A stretch of DNA of 64,000 nucleotides from Alphaproteobacteria bacterium. Lineage in GTDB: Bacteria; Pseudomonadota; Alphaproteobacteria; UBA828. Under the pieces are notes generated by a model. It saw only the letters and a list, made by a program, of their open reading frames with translations. It was not told the DNA's origin and searched no databases. The DNA lies in NCBI GenBank assembly GCA_965220745.1, contig CBDCQT010000007.1, forward strand, positions 1 to 64,000. The letters are read 5' to 3'. Both the position numbers and the translations under genes were made by a program. How positions within the stretch are numbered: position 1 is the stretch's first letter; every line of letters begins with the position of its first letter. Of the stretch, positions 11,519 through 20,371 are shown in pieces.

Positions 11519-12205
11519 GTGGCGGACAAGCCCCATTTTCACGGCCATCGCGAACGGTTGCGCAAGCGCTTCGACGAGGCGGGCGCTGACGCCCTGCCCG
11601 ACTACGAGCTTCTGGAGCTGCTGCTCTGCCAGGCGCTGCCCAGGCGCGACGTCAAGCCGCTCGCCAAGCGGCTGATCGAGCGCTTCGGCACCATCGGCGG
11701 CGTGCTCGGCGCCGAGAAGGGGGCGTTGAAGGAGGTGGCAGGCGTCGGCGATGGCGTGGTCCACACGCTCAAGCTGGTCGAGGCGCTCGGCGTGCGCACG
11801 CTGCGGGAGCCGATCATCGGCCGCCCGGTCATCGCCACCTGGCAGGCGGTGCTGGACTACTGCACCGCGCGGCTCGGCAAGGAAAAGACCGAGCACTTTC
11901 GCGTGCTCTTCCTCGACAACCACAACGCGCTGATCGCCGACGAGGAGCAGCAGCACGGCACGGTCGACCATGTGGTGCTCTATCCGCGCGAGGTGATTAA
12001 GCGGGCGCTGGAGCACGGTGCGAGTGCGGTCGTGCTCGTGCACAACCACCCCTCGGGCAACCCCAGCCCGTCACGCGCTGATATCGAGCTCACCAAGGAG
12101 GTCGCGAAGGCCGGCGCCACGTTGGGCGTCACCGTCCACGATCACCTGGTGATCGGCCGCTCCCGCCACGTCTCCTTCAAGGAGGCAGGCCTGCTGCCGG
12201 ACTGA
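11519..12205 (+). CDS. radC: RadC / JAB-domain protein
   Basis: GHRERLRKRF, YELLELLL, YPREV and HNHPSG...PSRAD (JAMM motif). Probable GTG start 11519. Confidence 0.93.
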   Translation: MADKPHFHGHRERLRKRFDEAGADALPDYELLELLLCQALPRRDVKPLAKRLIERFGTIGGVLGAEKGALKEVAGVGDGVVHTLKLVEALGVRTLREPIIGRPVIATWQAVLDYCTARLGKEKTEHFRVLFLDNHNALIADEEQQHGTVDHVVLYPREVIKRALEHGASAVVLVHNHPSGNPSPSRADIELTKEVAKAGATLGVTVHDHLVIGRSRHVSFKEAGLLPD

Positions 12206-12394
12206 GGACGCGCGGCCCCCTGATGGGAATTCTAGGCCAAGCGACGCGGAGGCACCGGCCCCAGGCCAGCTGCCGTGAGCGATCGTGCGTTCCGCGCATA
12301 CGCGCGCGGCGCTGTCGCGCCGTCCGGGCCTGCGGCCCGGCCTTTCTTGCCGGACGCTTCGTCCAAGGCCGCGCGCGGCGTGAGTCTCCACTAA

Positions 12395-12514
12395 CAGGCT
12401 GCTGAAAACCCTTCGGACCCAACCGATGATTCCCTTCTGTTCTAAATTCGATTCTCATTCGTTCCTGCGTTTTCTTAGAACAAGGTGAGAACATAGGAGT
12501 TTTTCAGCAGCCTG
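12395..12514. mobile_element. 120-bp MITE with IS5/IS1182-like ends
   Basis: Perfect 14-bp terminal inverted repeat CAGGCTGCTGAAAA (12395-12408) / TTTTCAGCAGCCTG (12501-12514). Flanked by CTAA direct repeats (12391-12394 and 12515-12518). AT-rich interior, no transposase. Confidence 0.8.
12478..12492 (+). promoter_or_regulatory. Putative alphaproteobacterial LexA (SOS) box
   Basis: GAAC-AAGGTGA-GAAC matches GAAC-N7-GAAC, the reverse complement of GTTC-N7-GTTC. It lies inside the MITE. Confidence 0.6.
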
Positions 12515-12521
12515 CTAAGGC

Positions 12522-12595
12522 GTCATGGCCGCGCTTGTTGCGGCCATCCACGTGGGTGCCGCGGAGAAAGATGCCCGGATCAAGTCCGGCATGAC
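12522..12595. repeat. REP-like palindromic element of the alphaproteobacterial GTCATG...CATGAC type
   Basis: GTCATGGCCGCGCTTGTTGCGGCCATCCAC...GATGCCCGGATCAAGTCCGGCATGAC: two internal hairpins with inverted GTCATG/CATGAC ends. Confidence 0.7.
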
Positions 12596-12721
12596 GAGTA
12601 TGGGAATGGCCGCGCGGGGCTCGGACCCGGTAGCCCGCAACATGGTGCGGTGGAAGGCGCGGGCGGCGCGGGGCAGCATCGCGGGATGAGCCAGGAACCA
12701 TCCCGCGAGCACAGCCACGCC

Positions 12722-13459
12722 ATGCAGAACGAACCCCCCAAGAGCACAACGGCCGGGACGTTCGGCCGCTTCTCCATCGACCGCCTGCCGGCCAAGCTGC
12801 GCAAGGCCGTCGATCAGGCCATCGCGGACGGCGCCACCATCGATGAGATCACCGCCCGCATCCGGGCCGAAGGCGAGACATGCTCGCGCTCGGCCGTCGG
12901 CCGCTACGCCAAGAACATGCGCGACCTGATCCGCCAGCAGCAGGAGACCGATCGCACCATCAAGGCGTGGGTGGATGCGCTGGGCGAGCGCCCGGAGGGC
13001 CGCACCGCGCTCATCCTGATCGAGACCCTGCGGACCATGGTTCTCGCCACCATGGCCAAGCTCAGCGCGCGGGAAGAGCCCGTGTCGACGCAGGAGCTTG
13101 CCCGCCTCGCCCTCACCCTCAAGCGCATCGAAGGCACCGACAAGCTCCGCAAAGACCGGGAGCGGGCGGCGAAGAAGGCCGCGCAGGGCGCCGGCCAGGC
13201 CAAGGGCCAGGGCGGGCTCTCGCCGGAGGCGGTCGCCATCATCCGCGCGGAGGTGGAGGGCCCGACGCCCCCACCGCCGCCCCGTATCGTCACGCCCCCG
13301 CCTCCGCCCCGCACCGTTACGTCGGTGCCGGTGGACCCGTGGAACCCTACGGAATCCAACTTAATCCCAGCTGATCCCGGCGAGTCCCGCCCAAAAAATG
13401 AGCGGCGCGCGTCTCAACACATTGCTTATTCCAGCTGGCTCTGTCCCCCTCCCCTCTAA
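12722..13459 (+). CDS. DUF3486 / phage Mu Gp27-like protein with a Pro-rich C-terminal extension
   Basis: SIDRLPAKLRKAVDQAIADGATIDEITARIRAEGETCSRSAVGRY matches the Gp27-family HTH-like N-terminus, and GLSPEAVAIIR lies near the end of the conserved part. Start 12686 or 12722. Confidence 0.7.
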   Translation: MQNEPPKSTTAGTFGRFSIDRLPAKLRKAVDQAIADGATIDEITARIRAEGETCSRSAVGRYAKNMRDLIRQQQETDRTIKAWVDALGERPEGRTALILIETLRTMVLATMAKLSAREEPVSTQELARLALTLKRIEGTDKLRKDRERAAKKAAQGAGQAKGQGGLSPEAVAIIRAEVEGPTPPPPPRIVTPPPPPRTVTSVPVDPWNPTESNLIPADPGESRPKNERRASQHIAYSSWLCPPPL

Positions 13460-13545
13460 CAAGGCGGAGGGGGAACGCAGGTGGCGCCGCCCTCTCTCCC
13501 TCTCCTCCCCGGCGGGGAGGAGAGGGCCGGGGCGAGGAGGGGCGG
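13444..13545. repeat. REP-like palindromic cluster (CCCTCTCC...GGAGAGGG type)
   Basis: TCCCCCTCC..GGAGGGGGA and CCCTCTCCTCCCC-GGC-GGGGAGGAGAGGG hairpins between convergent genes. Confidence 0.6.
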
Positions 13546-13600
13546 TCTCTCGGCGGGCGGTGGGCGCGACGCAGACCGGGACCCTGGTGAGAAATACGAC

Positions 13601-13774
13601 CTACGCCTCGCCCTCTCGACGCTCGGCAAGCTGAGCGCATTTCTCGCCGCAGAAGACCCGTCGCTCCGGCTCCTCGACCACCCAAAGGCGGCGCGCGATC
13701 ATGCGCCCGCAGAGCGAGCAGTTGACGATCTTTACCTCGTACCAGGGCTTTTCGATCTCTTCCCAATGCCCCAT
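13601..13774 (-). CDS. Small Cys4 (CxxC...CxxxC) putative metal-binding protein, 57 aa; partner of hydantoinase A/B fusion copy 1
   Basis: Not in the ORF track (<60 aa). Manual translation MGHWEEIEKPWYEVKIVNCSLCGRMIARRLWVVEEPERRVFCGEKCAQLAERREGEA*. Starts 9 bp after the hydantoinase stop and is a clear paralog of 56880-57119. Confidence 0.85.
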   Translation of the reverse strand: MGHWEEIEKPWYEVKIVNCSLCGRMIARRLWVVEEPERRVFCGEKCAQLAERREGEA

Positions 13775-13783
13775 GGCCGCCCC

Positions 13784-16700
13784 CTATTCGGCTGCCACTG
13801 CGGAAGGCGAGACGGTCGCGGGCGCCGCCGGCGGCTCGGGCCGCGCGGTGCGCATCCGGGTGCGGAGCGCCTCGGTCGCGGCCTCGTCCACCGCGAGGGA
13901 GCCGTTGCTGGCGGCGAGCACCACCCCGTAAGCGCTCTCGGCCGCCTCGCGCGTGACGTTGCGGTCCAGCACATCTGCAAGCACCCGCGCCGGCGCCCGC
14001 TCCAGCGGGTCGCCGTAGCCGCCTCCGCCCGGCGCCTCCAGCAGCAGCTCGTCGCCTTCGTGGACCTTGACGTTGTCGAACTTGGTCGGGCTCTCCAGCC
14101 CGAAGGCCTCGGAGAAGGTGCGGAACTCCGTGTCGCCCACCCGCTTGACCCGGAACGCCTGGGTGCCGCCTTCCTTTCCACCGAACAGCCCCCAGGGACC
14201 CACGAAGTGGCGGTCGGAAAGCGCGCTAACCGTCAGCTCCTTGGCGTACACGCTCACCCGGCGCATGACCGAGAGGCCGCCCCGGTTGCGCCCCGGCCCG
14301 CCGGAATCCGGGCGCAGCGCGCAGGTGTGGTGAAGCAGCGGGAAGCGGCTCTCCAGAATCTCGATGGGCGTGATCTCGATCGTGCTGCCGTGGGCACAGA
14401 ACAGGTTGGCGTTGCCGTCCGCGTCGTGGCGCGCACCCCAGCCGCCGCCTTCGAGATGAAGGTGGGCGAAATACTCGCCGGTCTCCGGGTGCACGCCGCC
14501 CATCGGCAGCAGGCAGTTGGTCCCGCCATCGGCGGCGCAGGTTCGCTCCGGCAAGGCCTGCGACATGGCGCCCCAAATTGCGTTAATGACTCGCGGCTGG
14601 CCGTCGGAGTTGCCGCCGACCGAACTGCCCGGATGCTCGACATTGAGCAGGCTGCCGGGCGGGCAGATCATCGTGATGGTGCGGAACACGCCCTGATTGA
14701 GGGGCACGTCGCGGACGTTGATGCTCTGGAGGATGCCGGTGTAGGAGGCGGCCGCCGTCGCCACATAGGTCAGGTTGATCGCGGCATCGACCTGCTTGTC
14801 GGAGCGGCTGTAGTCGACCAGAATCTCGTCGTCGTCCACCGTCACGTCGACGCGGAAGACATGGGGCGTGCTGTTCCGGGGATCGTCCTCGTAGCGGTCC
14901 TCGAAGGAATAGGTGCCGTCCGGAATCGCCTTGATCTGCTCGCGCATCCAGCGCTCGGAGGCCGCCATCAGCGCCTTGGTCGCCGCCTCGATCGTGTCCA
15001 CGCCGTAGTCCCGGATCAGCTCCGGAAAACGGCGGCCTGCCACCTTGAGGCTCGCCAGCATGGCGTGGAAGTCGCCGAAGGTCGCATCCGGGGTGCGGTG
15101 GTTGGCGAGGATGACCTTCCACAGTTCCTCGACATGCTCGCCGCGCTTCATCAGCTTGATCGGAGGCAGCCGCAGCCCCTCCTGATAGACCTCGCTCGCG
15201 GTGACCGCGAAGGAGCCCGGCACCATGCCGCCGATCTCGGCGATGTGAGCGATGATCGCCGCGTAGCCGACCAGCTCGCCGTCCACGAAGATGCCTTCCA
15301 GCAGCATGTGTTCGGGCATGTGGCAGGAGCCCCGGTAGGGGTCGTTGTGGACGACCACGTCGCCCGGCTCGAAGTAGTCCTCGCCCAGTTCCTCGACCAC
15401 GAAGGGCACCGTGTTCAAGCCGGCGCAGATGATCGCCGGGTTGTTCTGCGCCTGGGAGATCAGCTCCAGGTCGCGGTTGAACAGCATGCAGGAGAAGTCC
15501 TTGGACTCGCTGAAGAGCGGCGAGTGCGCGGTACGCAGGGCCTCCAGGTCCATCTCGTCGCAGATCGCATCGAGCCGGTTGCGGATGACGTTGAGCGTCA
15601 CCATGTCCTCCGCCGCGCTCTTGCCCTGGAGCCGTGCCCGGCGCGCACCGCTCGCGGGTGCGATCTCCAGCACGCCGGAGCCATGCACGATCAGTCTATC
15701 GTCGGGCGCCACGATCACCGTGGAGTCCTCTTCGAGGATGACCGCCGGACCTTCCATCGTGATGTCCGCGCCCAGCGACTCCCGCTGGTAGACCGGCGTC
15801 TCCACCCCGCCTGTGCCGCGGAACCAGACCACGCGCCTGGCCGCCGGCTCGGGCGCATCGCCGGGCTCTAGCCCCGGCAGGCGCGGCGGCGCCGACGCGC
15901 CGAGCGCGAGCACCGTGAGCCGCACGATCTCCACCGGGTGGCCCGGCGTCTTGAAGTCGAAGCGTCGCTCGTGCTCGGCGTGGAAGGTCTCCACCAGCTC
16001 CAGAGCCGTGCCCGCCAGCACGCTCGGCGTCACCGGCAGCTCGATCTCGTGGCTCTGCAGCCGGTAGCGGGCGGATGCGCTGCGCGTGATCACCGGCTCG
16101 CCCTCGAACCCCTCTTCCAGCAGCTCGCGCACCGCCTGCTCTTCGAGCGAACGGTAGGCGTCGGCGATGTCGCTGAGCGCCATCGTGTCGGAGCGGAAGG
16201 CGACCGTCCGGCTCTTCTCCACGCGGACGTCGGCGACCACAGTGCCGAAGGCGGAGCAGAGCCCCGGATAGGGCGGCACCAGGGTCCGCCGCATGCCGAC
16301 TGCACGTGCGAGCTCGGCACCGTGGACCGGGCCCGCGCCGCCGAAGGCGATCAGGTCGAAATCGCGATAATCGAGGCCGCGCTCGATGGTGACGCGGCGC
16401 ACCGCCGTCGCCATGTTGTCGTTGACGGTCTCCACGATGGTGAGCGCGGCCTCCTCGACCGTGAGGCCGAGCGGCTCAGCCACCGTTGCCACCGCCGCGC
16501 GTGCCGCGGCACTGTCGAGCGGCATCCGCCCGCCGAGGAAGTAGTCGGGGTCGATGCGGCCGAGCACCACGTTGGCGTCGGTCACCGTGGGCTTCGTCCC
16601 GCCCTTGCCGTAGCAGGCCGGGCCGGGCTCCGCGCCGGCGCTCTGCGGCCCCACCTTGAGCAGGCCGTCCTGCCCTACATAGGCGATCGAGCCGCCGCCG

Positions 16701-17704
16701 GCGCCGATGGTGGTGAAGTCGATATGCGGGGCAACGACGTGGATGCCCCAGTCGAGGTCGATCTGCGGCACGGAGCGATAATCGCCGCCTTCGATCATGC
16801 CCACGTCGCAGCTCGTGCCGCCCATGTCGAAGGTGACGGCATTCTCCGCGCCCTCGGCGGCGGCGAAGTAGTGGCCGCCGATCACACCGCCGGCGAGACC
16901 GGAAAGAAAGATCTCGGCGGTGCGGTCCGGCGCCCGTTCCGAGAGCATCTGGCCGCCGTTGGATTTCATGATAGCGAGCCGGGCGGGCAGCGAGCGTGCC
17001 TCCAGCTCCCGCTCGAGATCGGTGATGAAGCTCTGCAGGATGGGCCGGACCGAGGCGGCAAGGATGGTCGTGGTCGCCCGGTGGTACTCGCGCCAGATGG
17101 GCACGACCTCGTGAGAGAGGGAGACCGGGAGACCGGGGAAGCGCTCGCGGAGCGCCTCGCCAAGCGCGGCCTCGTGCACAGGATTGCGATAGCTGAACAG
17201 GAAGTTGACTGCGATGGAGCAGGCCGCGCCGGCGCCGTTGGCGCCATTGCCGCTCTCGCCCAGCACGGCCGCCACCTGGTCGAGGACGCGGACGACCTCG
17301 GCGTCTTCCAGCGCCGTGATCACGTGGCCGTGGTAGTCGATCCGCTCGCGCACGCCCAGGCAGTCGCGCCGCGCCACGCCCGGCTCCGGCCGGCGCCAGC
17401 TCAGGTCGTAGGCGTGGGGGCGCGAAATGCTGCCGATCAGCGGAATGTCCTCGAAGCCTGCCGTCGCGAGGTAGATGACGCGCGCACCGGTGCCCTGAAG
17501 GCGCGCGTTGGTCGCGATGGTGGTCCCGAGCACGAAGTGGCGCACCGCCTCCGGCGCGATGCCGGAGCCGTCGAGGGCGTCGAGCACCCCGATTTCAGGC
17601 GCGGCGGCGGTGCTCGGCCGCTTGGCGACGACAATCCCGCCGTCCTCGTCGATAGCGACGAGATCGGTGTTGGTGCCTCCCGTATCGACCCCGACTCGCA
17701 GCAT
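13784..17704 (-). CDS. Fused hydantoinase/oxoprolinase A+B family ATP-dependent enzyme (copy 1)
   Basis: A half: VGVDTGGTNTD, FDMGGTSCD, IGAGGGS, GPQSAGAEPGPACY. B half: SESKDFSC, HNDPYRGSCHMPEH, AHIAEIGG, GGGGYGDP. Start ATG 17704 after GAGGAGG. Confidence 0.92.
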   Translation of the reverse strand: MLRVGVDTGGTNTDLVAIDEDGGIVVAKRPSTAAAPEIGVLDALDGSGIAPEAVRHFVLGTTIATNARLQGTGARVIYLATAGFEDIPLIGSISRPHAYDLSWRRPEPGVARRDCLGVRERIDYHGHVITALEDAEVVRVLDQVAAVLGESGNGANGAGAACSIAVNFLFSYRNPVHEAALGEALRERFPGLPVSLSHEVVPIWREYHRATTTILAASVRPILQSFITDLERELEARSLPARLAIMKSNGGQMLSERAPDRTAEIFLSGLAGGVIGGHYFAAAEGAENAVTFDMGGTSCDVGMIEGGDYRSVPQIDLDWGIHVVAPHIDFTTIGAGGGSIAYVGQDGLLKVGPQSAGAEPGPACYGKGGTKPTVTDANVVLGRIDPDYFLGGRMPLDSAAARAAVATVAEPLGLTVEEAALTIVETVNDNMATAVRRVTIERGLDYRDFDLIAFGGAGPVHGAELARAVGMRRTLVPPYPGLCSAFGTVVADVRVEKSRTVAFRSDTMALSDIADAYRSLEEQAVRELLEEGFEGEPVITRSASARYRLQSHEIELPVTPSVLAGTALELVETFHAEHERRFDFKTPGHPVEIVRLTVLALGASAPPRLPGLEPGDAPEPAARRVVWFRGTGGVETPVYQRESLGADITMEGPAVILEEDSTVIVAPDDRLIVHGSGVLEIAPASGARRARLQGKSAAEDMVTLNVIRNRLDAICDEMDLEALRTAHSPLFSESKDFSCMLFNRDLELISQAQNNPAIICAGLNTVPFVVEELGEDYFEPGDVVVHNDPYRGSCHMPEHMLLEGIFVDGELVGYAAIIAHIAEIGGMVPGSFAVTASEVYQEGLRLPPIKLMKRGEHVEELWKVILANHRTPDATFGDFHAMLASLKVAGRRFPELIRDYGVDTIEAATKALMAASERWMREQIKAIPDGTYSFEDRYEDDPRNSTPHVFRVDVTVDDDEILVDYSRSDKQVDAAINLTYVATAAASYTGILQSINVRDVPLNQGVFRTITMICPPGSLLNVEHPGSSVGGNSDGQPRVINAIWGAMSQALPERTCAADGGTNCLLPMGGVHPETGEYFAHLHLEGGGWGARHDADGNANLFCAHGSTIEITPIEILESRFPLLHHTCALRPDSGGPGRNRGGLSVMRRVSVYAKELTVSALSDRHFVGPWGLFGGKEGGTQAFRVKRVGDTEFRTFSEAFGLESPTKFDNVKVHEGDELLLEAPGGGGYGDPLERAPARVLADVLDRNVTREAAESAYGVVLAASNGSLAVDEAATEALRTRMRTARPEPPAAPATVSPSAVAAE

Positions 17705-17718
17705 CCTGCGTCCCTCCT

Positions 17719-18666
17719 CTAGCTCGTGCCAAACGCCTTGCGCAGCGCGGCGCAGGCGGTGGCGTGTGCCTCGGCGGCCACGTCGAAGCGCCCGGTTGCG
17801 GTCCAGAAGCCGTGGATGTGGCCCTCGTAGTTGCGGTAGTCGGTGGGCACACCCGCCGCCTTGAGCCTCTCGGCGTATTCGCGGCCGTCGTCGAAGAGCG
17901 GATCGTGGCTCGCGGTCATCACCATCGCCGGCGGCAACCCGCTCAGGTCGTCGGCGCGGATCGGCGCAGCCCGCACGTCCGAGCGCTCGGAGTCGTCGTT
18001 GAAGTAGCAATCGAAGAACCAGGTCATGGCCTCGGCGGTGAGCACGTAGCCGTCCGCGAAGGTCTTGTAGGACGGGCGGCCTTCGTCCGTGTCGGTGACC
18101 GGATAGACCATGAGCTGGAAGACCAGCGGTGGCCCGCCCTCGGCTTTCGCCCGCTGCGCGGTGACGGCGGTAATGCAGCCGCCGGCGGAATCGCCACCGA
18201 TGGCGATGCGTGCCGGATCGCCGCCGATCTCGGCGGAGTTCTCGGCGACCCAGCAAAGCGACGCCCAGGCGTCGTCCGTGGGCTTCGGAAACTTGTTCTC
18301 CGGCGCCTTGCAATAGTTGACCCCCACCACGATACAGCCCGCTCCCTCGCAGAGCGCGCGGCAGACACCGTCGTGGGTGTCGATGCTGAGCACCACGTAG
18401 CCGCTGCCGTGGTAGTTGACGTAGACCGGCAGCGGTGTGGCGGGGTCCGCCCCTTTGGGCCAGTAGAGGCGGATACGGATCGGCCCGTTGGGGCCGGGGA
18501 TATCGCGGTCCTCGACCCGGCCGACGTCAATGCCCGGTGCCTGCAGGCCCATCACCAGATCGTTGAAGGCCTCCCGTACCTCGTCGAGCGGCCGTTCCGC
18601 GAGCGGCGGCACCTCGATCGCGTTGATTTCGTCGCAGAACTCCTGAACCTGCGGATGCAGTGCCAT
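17719..18666 (-). CDS. Alpha/beta hydrolase (HSL-family esterase/lipase)
   Basis: YHGSGY oxyanion motif, GGDSAGG nucleophile elbow, DPL and HGF. Confidence 0.9.
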   Translation of the reverse strand: MALHPQVQEFCDEINAIEVPPLAERPLDEVREAFNDLVMGLQAPGIDVGRVEDRDIPGPNGPIRIRLYWPKGADPATPLPVYVNYHGSGYVVLSIDTHDGVCRALCEGAGCIVVGVNYCKAPENKFPKPTDDAWASLCWVAENSAEIGGDPARIAIGGDSAGGCITAVTAQRAKAEGGPPLVFQLMVYPVTDTDEGRPSYKTFADGYVLTAEAMTWFFDCYFNDDSERSDVRAAPIRADDLSGLPPAMVMTASHDPLFDDGREYAERLKAAGVPTDYRNYEGHIHGFWTATGRFDVAAEAHATACAALRKAFGTS

Positions 18667-18806
18667 GATCTCCCCCTCGCGCGTCGTGCTGTCTCCCTGC
18701 CACATCTTAGCGGTGGCTACCCGATTGCGGAAACCGGTGCCGGAACCGATCCGGCACGCAACATGGGACGCGCCGGGTCGTCAACTGCAGAGGGGCCGCC
18801 CGCGCG

Positions 18807-19808
18807 TCACTCCAGCCTCACCACCGTGCCGCTAGTCGCCGATTCATGTGCCGCGAGCACGGCCCGCACAACCTCCATCGCTTCCTCCGGCGTGATCAAC
18901 GCCGGGCGCGTGCCCTCGCGGACGCAGCGCGCGAAGTAAGACCATTCCTCGTGCAATGCACCGCCTGTGACGCCGTGCAGCTCCGGCCAGTAGGTCGTGT
19001 CCGGGCTCCTGAAGCCCTCCTTCGAGCAGACGGCGATGTTGGGGAAGGTATCCTGGATGTGGATGAAGCCCTCGGTGCCGATCACCGACATACGCTCGTC
19101 GAGCTCGAAGGGCGAGCCGTCCGGCATGCACCAGGCACCCTCGTAGAGCGCGCTCGCGCCGTTGTCGAAGCGGTACATGAGCTGGGCCACGTCGTCATTC
19201 CGGCAGCCAAGCGAGTTGACGGTCTGTGCGTATGTGCTCACGACCTTCGCTCCGGTCAACCATAGCATCATGTCGGTATCGTGGGAGCAGGTGTGCAGAA
19301 TGGGGCCGATCGTCTCGAGCTGATCGATCACCCACCGCGCCGGCACGTTGCGCCGGGCGTTGATCGCGACCACCTTGCCGATTTGGCCCGCGTCAATCTC
19401 GCGCTTGGCGGCGATATAGCGCGGGTTGAAGCGGCAGATATGGCCTACCATGAGAATGGCGTCGCCATCGCGCGCGGCATCGCACATGCGCTGGCAGTCC
19501 TCCACCGTCGATGCCATAGGCTTCTCGACCAGGACGTGCTTGCCGGCCGCGAGCCCGGCGAGGGTCGGGGCGGCGTGGTGGTCCCAGGGCGTGACGACGG
19601 CAAGGACGTCAATCGCCGGGTCCTCGACAAGCACCCGGTAGTCGGTGCAGGTGCGGGCGACACCGTGCTCGTGCGCCATCTCAGCCAGGCGTTCTTCCGA
19701 GTTGTCGCAAAGCGCAACGAGCTCGAGCTGCGGATGGTCGGCGATAGCCCGGCAATGCACCGTCCCGAACCAGCCGACCCCGATGACTCCGACACGTAGC
19801 CGCTCCAT
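18807..19808 (-). CDS. Gfo/Idh/MocA-family NAD(P)-dependent oxidoreductase
   Basis: VGVIGVGWFG, AGKHVLVEKPM and HDTD. Confidence 0.9.
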   Translation of the reverse strand: MERLRVGVIGVGWFGTVHCRAIADHPQLELVALCDNSEERLAEMAHEHGVARTCTDYRVLVEDPAIDVLAVVTPWDHHAAPTLAGLAAGKHVLVEKPMASTVEDCQRMCDAARDGDAILMVGHICRFNPRYIAAKREIDAGQIGKVVAINARRNVPARWVIDQLETIGPILHTCSHDTDMMLWLTGAKVVSTYAQTVNSLGCRNDDVAQLMYRFDNGASALYEGAWCMPDGSPFELDERMSVIGTEGFIHIQDTFPNIAVCSKEGFRSPDTTYWPELHGVTGGALHEEWSYFARCVREGTRPALITPEEAMEVVRAVLAAHESATSGTVVRLE

Positions 19809-19959
19809 TGATCCCGCTCCGTCCTTTGTCAATCAATCTGCTAACGTCGAAGCCTGCGGCGGAGTGTTCCACACGAGCCTCGGTTTGCGGAAGGACGCTA
19901 GTTCGGGTCGCTTGCCGGGACAACACTGAGAGCGCTCGGCCAACCGCCTCGATGTTGGC

Positions 19960-20226
19960 TTCGCCGACGGCCGCAGGGTCAAGCACTACTACCCCACGGA
20001 ATCGGTCGGGCTCGCGACCGGAATGCTGATCGCGGCCCTGCATATCGCCGGGTTGGCGACTCTGACCCACACGCCGAGCCCCATGAAGTTCCTGAACGAA
20101 ATCCTGGGGCGCCCCAAATCGGCCGAGCGGCCTTTCCTGCTGCTGGTGGTGGGCTACCCGGACGAGAACGCGATGGTGCCAGACATCGGTCGCAAGCCGC
20201 TCAACGAGGTGGTCACCTACGTCTGA
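19960..20226 (+). pseudogene. C-terminal remnant of an iodotyrosine-deiodinase-like nitroreductase
   Basis: [45 protein letters not shown]...[12 protein letters not shown]...RKPL. An in-frame TGA at 19927 precedes it and the N-terminal half is absent. Confidence 0.75.
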
Positions 20227-20371
20227 CGACGGGAAAGGGCGCCGCGCACGCGTGTGTACTTGGTTTGGTCCACACGCGGCTATAGCTTTGACTCCTCCGT
20301 AACTAAACTATATAACTCTCTGTAATGTGTGCGATGTTTGATTCGGTGCCGCACGTCTGCAGGAGCCCTCG

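Noticed and set aside
17705-18313. N-terminal extension making a 1509-aa esterase-hydantoinase fusion
   Set aside because: The extension is an off-frame read of the esterase gene. The real start is ATG 17704 with a strong RBS, and the esterase has its own stop at 17719.
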